DNA from: an uncultured virus (IMG/VR IMGVR_UViG_3300025879_000018)
Taxonomy: Duplodnaviria > Heunggongvirae > Uroviricota > Caudoviricetes > Crassvirales
Strand: one strand, 5' to 3'
Virus record (IMG/VR): IMGVR_UViG_3300025879_000018
Length of the DNA: 64,000 nt
Shown here: positions 28,126-39,044 of the stretch, in pieces
Layout of the letters: each line of letters starts with the position of its first letter
How positions within the stretch are numbered: position 1 is the stretch's first letter
Program-made: the position numbers and the translations under genes
Notes under the pieces: model-generated
Told to the model about the DNA's origin: nothing
The model's input: only the letters and a program-made list of their open reading frames with translations
Databases searched by the model: none

Positions 28126-29262
28126 ATGAGCGACTTAAACAAAGACTTAGAATCTATGGTTGGCGATATGGGGGTAAACTTCGTATCTGAACCAAATGAA
28201 AATAATGAGCCTGTAGAACAGTCTCAAGAGACTCCAGTAGAAGCCGTACAAGAATCTGTACAGCAGGATGTACAAGAACCTGTACAACAGTCTCAAGAGC
28301 CTGCGCAGGACACACCACAGCAAGAGGAAGCTGTTGAAGAAATGCCTCAAAGTTCTTTACAGGAAAAAGATGTCACCGAGGAGGAACTCGAATCTACAAT
28401 GCTTAAATACCTAAGCGAAAGGCTAGGTAGAGAGGTAGGTAGTTTTGATGAAATTCAAGGGACAACAGATACGTCAGTAGAAATTGACGAGCGTGTAGCT
28501 GCGATTAACGAGTTCGTTAGAACGACAGGTCGTGACCCTCAAGACTGGTTTACATACCAAGCTATGAATCCATCCGAAATGGATGATTTAAGTGCGGTTA
28601 AAATGCAGTTAAAGAGTCAGTACGGAGACCTTAGTGATAGCGACTTAAACCTTCTCATCGACAACAAGTACAAACTGGACGCAGATATGTACGATGATAA
28701 TGAAGTTCGTTTATCACAGATTCAGCTTAAGATGGATGCTGACAAAGCTAGACAAGAGATTGAGTCTGTTCGTTCTCAGTATGCTGCGCCTGTTAAGCAG
28801 GAGCAGCCTCAGCAGGAGGAACAATTTGAAGGAATCGTAAATGAACAATGGATAGATACTATGTCTGCCGAAGTTGATGCCTTAGAAGGTATTGAGTTTG
28901 AGGTGTCAAAAGACAAGTCTTTTACATTCGGATTAGAAGATTCTTACAAGTCTCAGCTTAAGTCTAAAAACGAGCAAATTGAAGACTTCTTTTCAAGCTA
29001 TGTTAGCGAAGAAGGTCAGTGGGACTTCGAAAAGTGGAATATGCACCAAACAGTCTTAGATAATATCGAAACGATAGTTAAGACTGCTTATCAGCAAGGA
29101 CTTGGAGAGGGACAGCGTGGATTGGTAGATAAGGCTGCAAATGTGCAGTACAATCAGCCTAATGAAACGGCAAGCACTGGTCAAGGCAATACACCTAGCA
29201 TTGAGGAGCAAGTAAGAAATGCGCTCGGAATGAATGAAAATGGACTTACTTTTAAAATCTAA
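28126..29262 (+). CDS. putative capsid scaffolding protein
   Basis: Acidic, with a Q/E-rich disordered N-terminus; directly upstream of the capsid gene. Confidence 0.65.
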   Translation: MSDLNKDLESMVGDMGVNFVSEPNENNEPVEQSQETPVEAVQESVQQDVQEPVQQSQEPAQDTPQQEEAVEEMPQSSLQEKDVTEEELESTMLKYLSERLGREVGSFDEIQGTTDTSVEIDERVAAINEFVRTTGRDPQDWFTYQAMNPSEMDDLSAVKMQLKSQYGDLSDSDLNLLIDNKYKLDADMYDDNEVRLSQIQLKMDADKARQEIESVRSQYAAPVKQEQPQQEEQFEGIVNEQWIDTMSAEVDALEGIEFEVSKDKSFTFGLEDSYKSQLKSKNEQIEDFFSSYVSEEGQWDFEKWNMHQTVLDNIETIVKTAYQQGLGEGQRGLVDKAANVQYNQPNETASTGQGNTPSIEEQVRNALGMNENGLTFKI

Positions 29263-29274
29263 AAATAACACAAA

Positions 29275-30558
29275 ATGAGTGTAGCTTTAGGAACAACTAA
29301 CACCAACGCAGGTACGTATGGTGTACAGAAATTAGAGGCAGCGAAATACATTTCGTTGTACGATTTGGTTAACAAACCAGACAACCGTGATGCTCTTATC
29401 AAGACTTACGGAAATCAAGGAATCACAGGATTCCTAACATTGGTAGGTGCTGTAAAAGCACAGGCCACTGCTGATGAAGTAACTTACTGGGAAGAAGAGC
29501 GTCTACACAAGAAGGCAACTGGTACAGTTGCAGATGGTGTATGGACTGCTGGAACAGGCGATGTATTACGTCCAAATGACGTAGTATTATTAGCTGACGG
29601 AACTCGTGCATTCTTCGATGGAACGGTTCTTAGCAATGTTTCTACTGGAAACGCTATTGCTGACGGTGAGTACACAGTTCCAGTAATTGGAAACTTGTAC
29701 GCTCAAGGCTCTGAACAACCAGACCAGTTCTTGGAAAGCGGTATCGTAAAACGTGAGAATCCTTTTATGATTATGAAAGAGGTATACAGCGTTACTGGTT
29801 CTCAAGCAACCAACATCGGTTGGATTGACTTAGGTAACGGTGACTACCGTTGGTATATGAAGTCTGAAGCTGACCAACGTCAGCGTTTTATGGACAAGCG
29901 TGAAATGATGATGTTGTTGGGCGAGCGCTCTGGAATCACTGGAATCGCTGGTTCTGAAGGTTACTTCAGTGCTATCGAAGACCGCGGTCTTGTTCAGTCT
30001 GGATTGATTGACTCTATCACTGAGGTAGACGATATCGTTAAAATCTTCGACCAACAAGGTGCTTCTTCTGAGTATGCATTGTACGTAAACCGTGCGCAAG
30101 ACTTAGCTATCGATGATATGTTAGCTACTGGTAAATTGGCTACTGGTACTGCTGCTACAACTATCGGTGCTGCTGCATTCGGTAGCTTCAACAACAGCGC
30201 AGACACTGCATTGAACTTAGGTTTCCGTTCATTCGCTCGTGGTGGTTACACTTTCCACAAGCACGACTGGAAACTATTGAACGACCCAACATTGTTGGCT
30301 GGTTCTAAGTTTGCTGGTGTTGCAGTGCCTATGGCACAAGTAGCTGATGCTAAGACTGGTGACAAAGCTCCTGCTCTTGAAATGAACTTCAAGGCTGCTA
30401 ACGGTTACTCTCGTGAAATGGAACACTGGATGGTTGGTTCTATCTTGGGTGCGTCTAACGCAACTAAGGATAATGTAGAATTCCACTACCGTTCTGAAAT
30501 GAACCTTATCACTCGTGCGGCAAACCGTCACTTGTTGATTAAAACAGCTGATGCATAA
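29275..30558 (+). CDS. major capsid protein
   Basis: 427 aa after the scaffold; WEEERL and QRFMDKREMMMLLGE patterns; high-expression codon bias (CGT, TTC, AAC); strong terminator follows. Confidence 0.85.
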   Translation: MSVALGTTNTNAGTYGVQKLEAAKYISLYDLVNKPDNRDALIKTYGNQGITGFLTLVGAVKAQATADEVTYWEEERLHKKATGTVADGVWTAGTGDVLRPNDVVLLADGTRAFFDGTVLSNVSTGNAIADGEYTVPVIGNLYAQGSEQPDQFLESGIVKRENPFMIMKEVYSVTGSQATNIGWIDLGNGDYRWYMKSEADQRQRFMDKREMMMLLGERSGITGIAGSEGYFSAIEDRGLVQSGLIDSITEVDDIVKIFDQQGASSEYALYVNRAQDLAIDDMLATGKLATGTAATTIGAAAFGSFNNSADTALNLGFRSFARGGYTFHKHDWKLLNDPTLLAGSKFAGVAVPMAQVADAKTGDKAPALEMNFKAANGYSREMEHWMVGSILGASNATKDNVEFHYRSEMNLITRAANRHLLIKTADA

Positions 30559-30572
30559 GCATAGCTTACATA

Positions 30573-30604
30573 GGGGGAGGGGATTCGTCCTCTCCCTTTT
30601 TTTT
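30573..30604 (+). terminator. intrinsic terminator after the capsid gene
   Basis: GGGAGGGGA-ttcg-TCCTCTCCC plus T8. Confidence 0.85.
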
Positions 30605-30627
30605 AATTTCATTTAATACATAATAAA

Positions 30628-31470
30628 ATGCCTACTAAAAAATCAACGGTAGCGCCTACATCTAAGGCAAACCGCCCTCAAGCCCTGCCAAAAGCAGCGC
30701 CTCTATCTACAGTTTCTTCTGCCCCAACGAAGGTAAAGAGAGTAGAGAAAGACCCTAAAAAAGAAAATAAAGTATACACCATCGGAAAAGGTGGTGGCGT
30801 ATGGTACAAACTAAGACAGACTAACATTACTGTTTTTGACGAAGGAACAGAACAGGTAAGACAGCTTAGGTACTCACCGAACGAAAACTCAGTATGGACT
30901 GATGAGCAATCAGAAAATATCATTCGTGAGCAAATCATATTTCAAGCAAAGAACTTAGTAGTACCTTACAGCAAACCAAACCTACAGAAATACTTAGAGC
31001 TGCACCCAGACAATAAGGCTAACGGTGGTAGTGTTTTTGAATTGGTAGACACTGCTCGAAGCGCAGAAACAGAACTTGAAAGCGAGTTCTCTATGCTTGA
31101 GGCTGTATCTATGGTTAGAGACAAATCTATTGATGAGTTGCTTCCAGTAGCTATGTACTTAGGTGTAAACACATCTCAGAAAAATATGGAGATTAAGCGT
31201 GAGCTTCTTCGTGAGGCAAAAGCTAATCCAAAGAGATTCATTGAAATGTTTGACAATCCTGTTGTAAGAACTAAATCTGTTATTATGAGTGCGCTTGATT
31301 TCCAAATCTTGAAATCTGATGTAGATGGATTGAAATGGTTTGACAGTAACAGATTAATTGTAGCTACACCAGCAGGGCAGGATACAATTGATATCGCTAC
31401 TAGATTCTGTTTGTCTGAAAAGGGAGCGTTGGTATTCGAAGAAATCCAGACACAATTAGACAAAATATAA
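30628..31470 (+). CDS. hypothetical protein downstream of the capsid gene
   Basis: 280-aa ORF containing LELHPDN. Confidence 0.75.
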   Translation: MPTKKSTVAPTSKANRPQALPKAAPLSTVSSAPTKVKRVEKDPKKENKVYTIGKGGGVWYKLRQTNITVFDEGTEQVRQLRYSPNENSVWTDEQSENIIREQIIFQAKNLVVPYSKPNLQKYLELHPDNKANGGSVFELVDTARSAETELESEFSMLEAVSMVRDKSIDELLPVAMYLGVNTSQKNMEIKRELLREAKANPKRFIEMFDNPVVRTKSVIMSALDFQILKSDVDGLKWFDSNRLIVATPAGQDTIDIATRFCLSEKGALVFEEIQTQLDKI

Positions 31471-31495
31471 GGTAACTTATAAGTTGCTATAGTAC

Positions 31496-31528
31496 AAGGG
31501 GTTGCAGAAATGCAGCCCCTTCTTTTTT
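31496..31528 (+). terminator. intrinsic terminator, followed by TATCTTTG
   Basis: AAGGGGTTGCA-gaaa-TGCAGCCCCTT plus T tract. Confidence 0.85.
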
Positions 31529-31556
31529 GTATCTTTGTAATCAGAACAGAATTATT

Positions 31557-32297
31557 ATGGCATCTGTAAACGAAGTTTATTCGGGACTAAAGAATCTGGC
31601 GAACAAAGACGAGCGTGGTTTTATCACTCCAAAAGTGTTCAACACGTTTGCTGCTATCGCACAGAATAGAATATTTAATGACCTTTTCAATGAAATGAGC
31701 AAGGCGCAGACCTTGCGTATGCGAAACATTGATGCTAGTGGTGATAAATCATTTAGCAAAAGGCTACAAGAGGACTTAGCGTATTTCTCTAAAGAAACTG
31801 GTGTTAGTCAGTCTTCTGGCGTTTTTGACAAGCCAGAAGATTTAGCACGTATCATTTCTATGAAAACGCAAGGAGCATATGTTTTTGGAACATCAACATC
31901 GACACCAATCGACATTATATATGATGAGTCTAAGATTGAGCGTATTCTTCAATCTGACTTATCTGCACCTAGCTCAAGTCATCCTGTTGCTTTTATAGGA
32001 GAGGACATTGAGGTATTCCCTACTACAATCAAAAAGATTAAAGTTAGATACTACAAAATACCAGAGGGAAGAAATCCAGTAGACGGCAATAGAACAGCTT
32101 TATCACCTAGATACAATGCTATCAGCCTTGGAGCTTCTAACGAAGTTTTCGACCCGACAACATCTGTTGACTTTGAATTACCAGACCACTATGTGCCAAT
32201 GTTGGTTATAGAAATTGGTAAGATGATTGGTATTAATCTAAAAGACCAAGAGGTGTATGCATACACGTCTGGGGAAGCTCAACAACAAAAACAATAA
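31557..32297 (+). CDS. putative head-tail adaptor/ring protein (start revised to 31557)
   Basis: LANKDERGFITP..FN..AQ and C-terminal DFELPDH; position before the tail genes. Confidence 0.6.
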   Translation: MASVNEVYSGLKNLANKDERGFITPKVFNTFAAIAQNRIFNDLFNEMSKAQTLRMRNIDASGDKSFSKRLQEDLAYFSKETGVSQSSGVFDKPEDLARIISMKTQGAYVFGTSTSTPIDIIYDESKIERILQSDLSAPSSSHPVAFIGEDIEVFPTTIKKIKVRYYKIPEGRNPVDGNRTALSPRYNAISLGASNEVFDPTTSVDFELPDHYVPMLVIEIGKMIGINLKDQEVYAYTSGEAQQQKQ

Positions 32298-32300
32298 TAG

Positions 32301-33113
32301 ATGGCAAGAGATACAGTTTCAATAGACCAGATTGTTAACGACTTTATGTTGACGCTAGATGGTGATGACTATGTAAACAATGCTACATCAACCATTGTAA
32401 GGAACTATGCGCTACGTGGAATCCGTGAGATGGGGTTTGACGTTATGAAGCGAATTAAGTCGCTTAAACTCAATGTAAACACGGTTAACAGCACTGTAGA
32501 GCTACCAGATGACTTTGTTGATTACACAAAGATTGGAGTTGTAGGTAAAGACGGTTTGATTTATGTGTTTGGAGAAAACAAGAATCAAGCTGCACCAATG
32601 AAATACAAAAAAGATGTAGCTGGTAATCCTATCGACTCTGATTCTGATGGGGTATATGACCGTAAAGATGCTAAAGAAGATGTGTCTGGAAGAGCTTCTG
32701 CTTCTGACTTTGAAAGCTATACGTTTAGAAACTTTCTGTACGAAGGTAACATCGGACGTGCATACGGCATTGGAGGCGGTATGTATTCTGGCGAATTTAG
32801 AATCAACAACGAGCAAAACAGAATTGAGTTGTACTCAACTACTGGATACGAAGAGGTTGTTATAGAATACATTGCAGACGAAGCTCGCTCAGTAAATCCA
32901 TCCATTCACTTGTACGCTGAGAACGCACTGCGCTCATACATATACTACAGACTCATTGAAAGAAAGGCTAACGTGCCTATCGGAGAGAAAGGTCGTGCAA
33001 GACAAGAGTATTACAATGAGAGAAGGCTTGCTAATGCAAGGTTAAAAAGCTTCACTAAAGAAGAGGCTCTCAAGACGATTAGAAAGAACTACAAGCAAAG
33101 CCCTAAAGGTTAA
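32301..33113 (+). CDS. putative tail ring/tubular protein
   Basis: LPDDFVDYTKI..EYIAD..ENALRSYIYY pattern. Confidence 0.6.
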   Translation: MARDTVSIDQIVNDFMLTLDGDDYVNNATSTIVRNYALRGIREMGFDVMKRIKSLKLNVNTVNSTVELPDDFVDYTKIGVVGKDGLIYVFGENKNQAAPMKYKKDVAGNPIDSDSDGVYDRKDAKEDVSGRASASDFESYTFRNFLYEGNIGRAYGIGGGMYSGEFRINNEQNRIELYSTTGYEEVVIEYIADEARSVNPSIHLYAENALRSYIYYRLIERKANVPIGEKGRARQEYYNERRLANARLKSFTKEEALKTIRKNYKQSPKG

Positions 33114-33116
33114 TCT

Positions 33117-36100
33117 ATGGCTATTGATAAACTCATACCTCAGTATCTATCTTCGGATACTGACCAGAAACTTGTAAAGTCTGTTGAGATGACAGACAAT
33201 CTTAACGTAAGAGTATCTAACAATGCGGAAGGTACTGCTGGCGTTATAAAAAACATCAAGGGTACTGAGGCTTTGAGTCCTAAGACTCCAGCCGATGCAT
33301 TTCCATTAGGGGATAATCGAGTCATAGGTTCAGTAGACAACGATAAGAACAAGGAGGTATTATTCTTCTTGTGGAATAGTAACGGAGACCACGGAATATA
33401 CAGAATAAACAGCCTAACAGATACCTTCCAAAAGGTATACGAGGATTCTGTATTAGGGTTTCAGAAGCTGTCTTTTGTTGATTGTGATGTCGTTATAAAT
33501 GAGGAAGAAGAAACATTACTTTACTGGACGGATAATGTTAATCCTCCAATGAAGATTAATGTTAACAGAGCGCTAAGCAATGGATATCCTGCTACATTTA
33601 TATCTGGTACTGATGAAGAAAAGCTAGAGGCATTAACGGTAGCAAAAAGACCGCCACAAGAGGTTATAACTTTCGAGTTCTTTACTAATGAATCTGTAAA
33701 GAAAAATAACTTAAGAGACTCATTGTTTCAGTTTGCATATCAATACGTATATACTGACGGAGAGGTAAGTGCATTATCTGCATATAGCAAAATTACATAT
33801 TCTAATTACCAGACAATTAGAGGCTTGATTTCAGAGTCTGAAGCTGGCAACGAGAATGGAATTAGATTGTTTGTACCTCAAGGAAACGATAATGTCGTTA
33901 AGATAAGATTATTTGCTAGGGTAGGAAATAACGGTAATTTCTTTCAGATTGAAGAAATAGATAATGACCAAAATATAGAATACGAGTTCTATAATGATGG
34001 AGCATATAGATTTTTATCTGAAGATGAGACTAAGAAAATGTTTGACAGTGTACCGCAAAAAGCAAAGAGCTTGGTATTGTCAAACAATAGGTTGTTTTTC
34101 GGAAACTACGTTGAGGGATACGATAATGTAGAGACTGATACTTTGTCTTATCCTGTATACAAAAGAGTTCCATTGACTTATGATATCAGTGCCGACATAA
34201 ACCCAACCACACAGGGAGACACTGAAGAACTCAAGATAGAATACGGAAATTCAAACAATGTTACATTTAATATAAATGTACTAGACCTTCCAAATACATT
34301 AAAGGCAGGTACGTTTTTATCCTTTAATGTAGAATTCTCTGCGACTGAGACAGTAGATGCTTATGACACAAATCAGTTGGGTATTTTAAAGTACGTAGAT
34401 ATTACTTGGGATGACAACGGAACAAGCCAGACGGATACATTATTATTGGGGGCAAACAACTCATTCCCTTTGAAAATAGCTATAGATTCTGTTTCGTTTT
34501 CTTATTCTAAGCTTATAGATACCGACACATCTAAGCAGGATGTTGTAAACGATATTGTTTCGTACTTGCTTTCTAGAAATTTTGTCACAACGGTTTCCCC
34601 AGATTTGAATAGTAACACGCACAGAAGCGATGGAGGAAGCAATTTTTATGTGTGGGTTTCTGGAGCTTCTAGGTTTTCTCTGGTAAATGGAACTTATGAT
34701 TCAAATACTGGAAACATATTGTTTGCCATAAGATTTGAAGGGGCTGACTTGTTTTTATCTAAGGTTACAAAAAATGGAACAGAGGTAACACTAGAGTCTC
34801 AAGGAGGATTTGAATTGCCAAAAATTAATGGTAGCGCGAGTGGGGCTTTCGCTTGGAATAACTTTAAGAATAATTACGTTTCATCCTCTATAGCTGAAGA
34901 TATAAGCTCTTCACCATCCTTTAAGACTAGAGCTAATCACGAGTTCGGAATCGTATACTATGACGATAGAAATAGAAACGGTGGGGTTAATAAAATAGAT
35001 AAGGTGTATGTATCTGGATATGCTGAATCAGAAAGAACAGGCAATCTAGGTGGAGTTGAAATAGATTTTAGAATAAAGCACACAGCTCCTTCTTGGGCAA
35101 AGAAATGGCAGCTAGTTTACTCTAAGAACACTTCATACGATAAGTTTTTACAATACTCTGTATCGGAAGCTTTTGCCGCCCAAAACACCGACTCTGCAAC
35201 TACATCAGCGTCTGAAGGACAGAGAATATATGTTTCGCTTAGAAGTTTAGAGGGAAAGGAAAACTCTTACAAAGACGGAAGAGGCGCTAAAATAGAATAC
35301 AAATTCGAGGAGGGTGATATCCTTCAGATACTTAAATACGAAGAGGGCTATTCAAAGCGACCTAGAGGATATGAGTTTAGAATTTTAGATTACAAATATC
35401 TAAATGATGATGATGAAAACCCTATAGTTCTCCCAGCTCAAAGAGGATTTAGACACACTGGATGGTTCTTAGTACTTAGTAGTGAAGAATACAGTGGATT
35501 TACATACGAGGATGTATTGGGTGATACAGATTTATGGGGTCAAAATGTTGTTGTTGAAATAACCAGTCAAAAGAAAAGGCTTGAAGAGCAGATTTATTTT
35601 GAGACTGGAAAAGTGTATGATGTAATAAATAATATACACGTAGGAGACAGAGACACTTCTGCACCTATAGCTTCTGATATTTTTGTTTCTTACGCTGGAA
35701 CAGACAGTGGGTTTGCCGAGTCTTTGAATAGATTTTATATAGGTGATAACATAAACATAGGTACTCAAAACTTAGTCATAACGTCTATTAGGTATCAATC
35801 TAATGGATACATAGGTTATGAGTTTACATATAAGTCAAACACTCAAGTAACCGCAGGATACTACCCCTGTACAATAGCAAATTATACTGATGCGGTGGTT
35901 ACTACGATTGACGGTGATGTGTACTTCAGACCTAGAAACATAAGATATAATCCTTATGATTCTGCAAACGGAATTTACGATGAAACCGCAGAAGAATCTA
36001 CAGTATATGCTCTTGAGTATGTAGAAGATTATTCTCTGAACGACTTCTTTACCTCAAATAGTGTAAGTATAGGTAGACCTCAAGCTTACTCAGATGATTT

Positions 36101-37736
36101 TAAGCAAATAAGAAGAAAGTCTTCTATAACATATTCAGATGCTTATGTTATTGATTCTGATAGGCTTAACTTGAGTAGCTTCAATCTTAGTTTGGCAAAT
36201 TGGAATGATATGTCTCTGGAATATGGGGGTATTGATAAAATGATATCTAGAGGAGATGCCATAACTGTCATACAAGAAAGCAAGGCTTCTCAAGTTCCAC
36301 TCGGAAGAAACTTGATAGAATACGCAAGTGGAGATACAGGTGTTACAGTTTCTAAGAATGTATTGGGTACACCTAGTTACTACGCTGGAGATTACGGCTC
36401 TTCTGGTAATCCAGAGTCTGTTGTGGAAAGATTCGGTGTTGTATATTTCTCGGATTTAAACTCTAGAAAGGTTATTCGCTTAAGCGCTGATGGCATTACG
36501 CCAATCAGCGATAAGGGTATGGATAGTTATTTCCAAAAGTTGTTTGAAGACCTAGATAAGAATGTAGTGACTCCTAAAATTGCGGGAGGTTTTGACCCAG
36601 ACAACGGAGAATACTTACTTACCGTTGAGGACTTTTCTCAGTCTACAATAACTGTTGGCTCTAGTGTATATGAAGTGGAGGTTACTCAAGATGGAGATTA
36701 TGAACCAACACCAACGTATACATCAACACAGATTATATGGAATACAATTCCTTTTAACTGGAATCAAATCTGTCAAGAATGGGATGAAGTTGGAAATGGA
36801 TATCTTGAAGTAGACGGAGTCTTTTACATAGACTCCTTACTACAAGGAAGTACAGGTACTGTTACCATATTGGTAACTGACGCAGCAAATTCATTTGTAG
36901 CTGTTGCTACTTATGATTTGGGTACTGGTGTTGTTACAATGCCTTCACAAACTTGTGACGGAGTAAGCATAATCACAAAATTCGGAGGAGCTGAATCAAG
37001 TGGTGTGACAATATCATACAAGCACAAAGAGGGTGTATGGTCTTCAAAATACAGCTTCCTTCCTTCTAACTATGCTAGTATTGGAAACACCCTATACAGC
37101 TTCTTCCAGAATGATAACGGATTGGCGTGGAAGCACAATGTAAATGAGAATAGAAACTTAATTTACGGTGAGCAATACAGTTCTATGTTCGAAGTAGTTT
37201 CTAATTACAATCCTTCTATGGTAAAAGTTTACCAAGCGCTTGGTATTGAGGGCGGTGGTAACTGGACTTCTGTTATAGAAACTTCCAAACAGGAAACCTC
37301 AATTTCAGAATTTGACGAAAGAGAGGGTCATAGATATGCGATGATACCTTGCGATACTATTAACTCTACGTCACATCAAATATATCTTGGTGTTGTAGAA
37401 TCTGTTAATGGTAATAAGGTTACATTCAGCACCCCTGTAAATAGACTTCCTTTTATTATAGGGGATTACTTGAAAACAGCTGTAGGAAACACATTAAGTA
37501 CTACAGGGGTATCTATTGTATCACTAGAAGATAGAAAGACAATTGTATGTTCTGGCATTGGTGTAAACGTAGGGGAGAATGTTTTTGTAGAGCATAGTTC
37601 CATCATTGACGGAGACCCTATTAGAGATGTATACGCTTCAATTAAACTTACTTCAAATGACACTGAGCCTTTCGAAGTACACGCTGTATCTGCACACTAC
37701 GACAGGTCTATGCTGCATAACGAAAGAGTCAACTAA
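33117..37736 (+). CDS. tail nozzle/muzzle (stabilisation) protein
   Basis: 1539 aa; LNVRV..GVIKNIKG, LYWTDNVNPPMKIN, NNRLFFGNYVEGYD, FGIVYYDDRNR, VIRLSADGITPIS; beta-propeller-like. Confidence 0.75.
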   Translation: MAIDKLIPQYLSSDTDQKLVKSVEMTDNLNVRVSNNAEGTAGVIKNIKGTEALSPKTPADAFPLGDNRVIGSVDNDKNKEVLFFLWNSNGDHGIYRINSLTDTFQKVYEDSVLGFQKLSFVDCDVVINEEEETLLYWTDNVNPPMKINVNRALSNGYPATFISGTDEEKLEALTVAKRPPQEVITFEFFTNESVKKNNLRDSLFQFAYQYVYTDGEVSALSAYSKITYSNYQTIRGLISESEAGNENGIRLFVPQGNDNVVKIRLFARVGNNGNFFQIEEIDNDQNIEYEFYNDGAYRFLSEDETKKMFDSVPQKAKSLVLSNNRLFFGNYVEGYDNVETDTLSYPVYKRVPLTYDISADINPTTQGDTEELKIEYGNSNNVTFNINVLDLPNTLKAGTFLSFNVEFSATETVDAYDTNQLGILKYVDITWDDNGTSQTDTLLLGANNSFPLKIAIDSVSFSYSKLIDTDTSKQDVVNDIVSYLLSRNFVTTVSPDLNSNTHRSDGGSNFYVWVSGASRFSLVNGTYDSNTGNILFAIRFEGADLFLSKVTKNGTEVTLESQGGFELPKINGSASGAFAWNNFKNNYVSSSIAEDISSSPSFKTRANHEFGIVYYDDRNRNGGVNKIDKVYVSGYAESERTGNLGGVEIDFRIKHTAPSWAKKWQLVYSKNTSYDKFLQYSVSEAFAAQNTDSATTSASEGQRIYVSLRSLEGKENSYKDGRGAKIEYKFEEGDILQILKYEEGYSKRPRGYEFRILDYKYLNDDDENPIVLPAQRGFRHTGWFLVLSSEEYSGFTYEDVLGDTDLWGQNVVVEITSQKKRLEEQIYFETGKVYDVINNIHVGDRDTSAPIASDIFVSYAGTDSGFAESLNRFYIGDNINIGTQNLVITSIRYQSNGYIGYEFTYKSNTQVTAGYYPCTIANYTDAVVTTIDGDVYFRPRNIRYNPYDSANGIYDETAEESTVYALEYVEDYSLNDFFTSNSVSIGRPQAYSDDFKQIRRKSSITYSDAYVIDSDRLNLSSFNLSLANWNDMSLEYGGIDKMISRGDAITVIQESKASQVPLGRNLIEYASGDTGVTVSKNVLGTPSYYAGDYGSSGNPESVVERFGVVYFSDLNSRKVIRLSADGITPISDKGMDSYFQKLFEDLDKNVVTPKIAGGFDPDNGEYLLTVEDFSQSTITVGSSVYEVEVTQDGDYEPTPTYTSTQIIWNTIPFNWNQICQEWDEVGNGYLEVDGVFYIDSLLQGSTGTVTILVTDAANSFVAVATYDLGTGVVTMPSQTCDGVSIITKFGGAESSGVTISYKHKEGVWSSKYSFLPSNYASIGNTLYSFFQNDNGLAWKHNVNENRNLIYGEQYSSMFEVVSNYNPSMVKVYQALGIEGGGNWTSVIETSKQETSISEFDEREGHRYAMIPCDTINSTSHQIYLGVVESVNGNKVTFSTPVNRLPFIIGDYLKTAVGNTLSTTGVSIVSLEDRKTIVCSGIGVNVGENVFVEHSSIIDGDPIRDVYASIKLTSNDTEPFEVHAVSAHYDRSMLHNERVN

Positions 37737-37754
37737 AAAGATTAAATTTGCAAT

Positions 37755-39044
37755 ATGGCAATCGACATTGAAAAATTAGCACAAATGGGGTCTATGGCTG
37801 CTGGGGGCGGTTACGCCCAAGCAGCTCTGGGTGGAGCGCAAGCTATCTATGGTTTAACTCAACTTCCAAAAGCTAAATCGGAATTTGAGAGGGCAAAGGC
37901 AGCAGCTCCTTCTTTAGAGACACCATCTCAGTTCTATGAGAACTATAAGAATGCATACGACTCTACTATGGCTAGTATGCAAAACGATGCCATTCAAGCT
38001 AATCTATCTACTTCTGTACAAGCACTGCAAGGTGCAGGAGGTAGAGCATTAATTGGAGGTCTAAATCAAGCTACAGCTCAATCTCAAGCTGCTCAAAATC
38101 AAATGTTAGCTCAAGAGCGTCAAATGCGTATGGCTGCTGGTCAGCAATTAGCACAAGCTCAAGAGCGGTCTATTGGACGCAAAGAGGCTCGTAGCCAGCA
38201 GGAAATTGCGTATGCCAACCAAGCTTATCAAGCAGCGTTGGGCAATATAGGTTCTGGGCTAGCATCTGCTGGAGAAGGACTGATGTATGGTTTATCAGCA
38301 GCTAAGTCCAGAAGTTCTGAGCAAGGTGTAAAAGAACAAGGGTACAAAGTGGCTACTAAAAAAGAGTTCAATGAAGCTGTTAACAAGGTTTCAGAAAACG
38401 CTTTGACAATGGAGGATACTGTTTTAGAGGCAGTTCCAGAAGAATTAGACAACGTAGTATTTGATGATTCCTACAGAAAAAAATATGAAGCTGATAGACT
38501 TAAAAAAAATGTAGTTCCTAAAGAAATAGGAAATATTATAAGCAACGCTAAACCAGAACTAGCAACCACTTATGGAATGCCGCTTCAAGGGATTGCTGCT
38601 CCTCAGTCTGAGCCAATTAACTCTATCTTACCTAAGAGCGCTTTTGGCACTCCTCAAACACCACAATTACAACCTGTACTCCAACAGCCTTCTGAGCTTA
38701 ATATGAATCCTTTTGGTGACCTAAGTCCAGAAAACAATATAAATCCAATACCTGCTGAGTACAGAAACAATCAAGCTATAAAACAGCTTAAAGCATTGCA
38801 AAATGGATACAACCTTGTTTCTCAATACAACAAGTATTTTAACAATGGCGGTATGATGACTAATGGTGCATTTAATCACAATACCAATCCTATAGACTTA
38901 GTGCAAAATGGACAGAAGGTAGGTGAGGCAACAGGTGGTGAATACATTTTAAATCCAAATCAAGCTAAAGCTGTTGCTAAGCAAAGTAGCTATGCAAGAA
39001 AGCTGTTTAAGAAGTTTGAAAAGAACGCTAAAAAGAACAAGTAA
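37755..39044 (+). CDS. putative ejection/internal virion protein
   Basis: Gly/Ala-rich hydrophobic N-terminus, Gln-rich coil, C-terminal GEATGGEYI; TAAATTTG at 37743. Confidence 0.6.
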   Translation: MAIDIEKLAQMGSMAAGGGYAQAALGGAQAIYGLTQLPKAKSEFERAKAAAPSLETPSQFYENYKNAYDSTMASMQNDAIQANLSTSVQALQGAGGRALIGGLNQATAQSQAAQNQMLAQERQMRMAAGQQLAQAQERSIGRKEARSQQEIAYANQAYQAALGNIGSGLASAGEGLMYGLSAAKSRSSEQGVKEQGYKVATKKEFNEAVNKVSENALTMEDTVLEAVPEELDNVVFDDSYRKKYEADRLKKNVVPKEIGNIISNAKPELATTYGMPLQGIAAPQSEPINSILPKSAFGTPQTPQLQPVLQQPSELNMNPFGDLSPENNINPIPAEYRNNQAIKQLKALQNGYNLVSQYNKYFNNGGMMTNGAFNHNTNPIDLVQNGQKVGEATGGEYILNPNQAKAVAKQSSYARKLFKKFEKNAKKNK

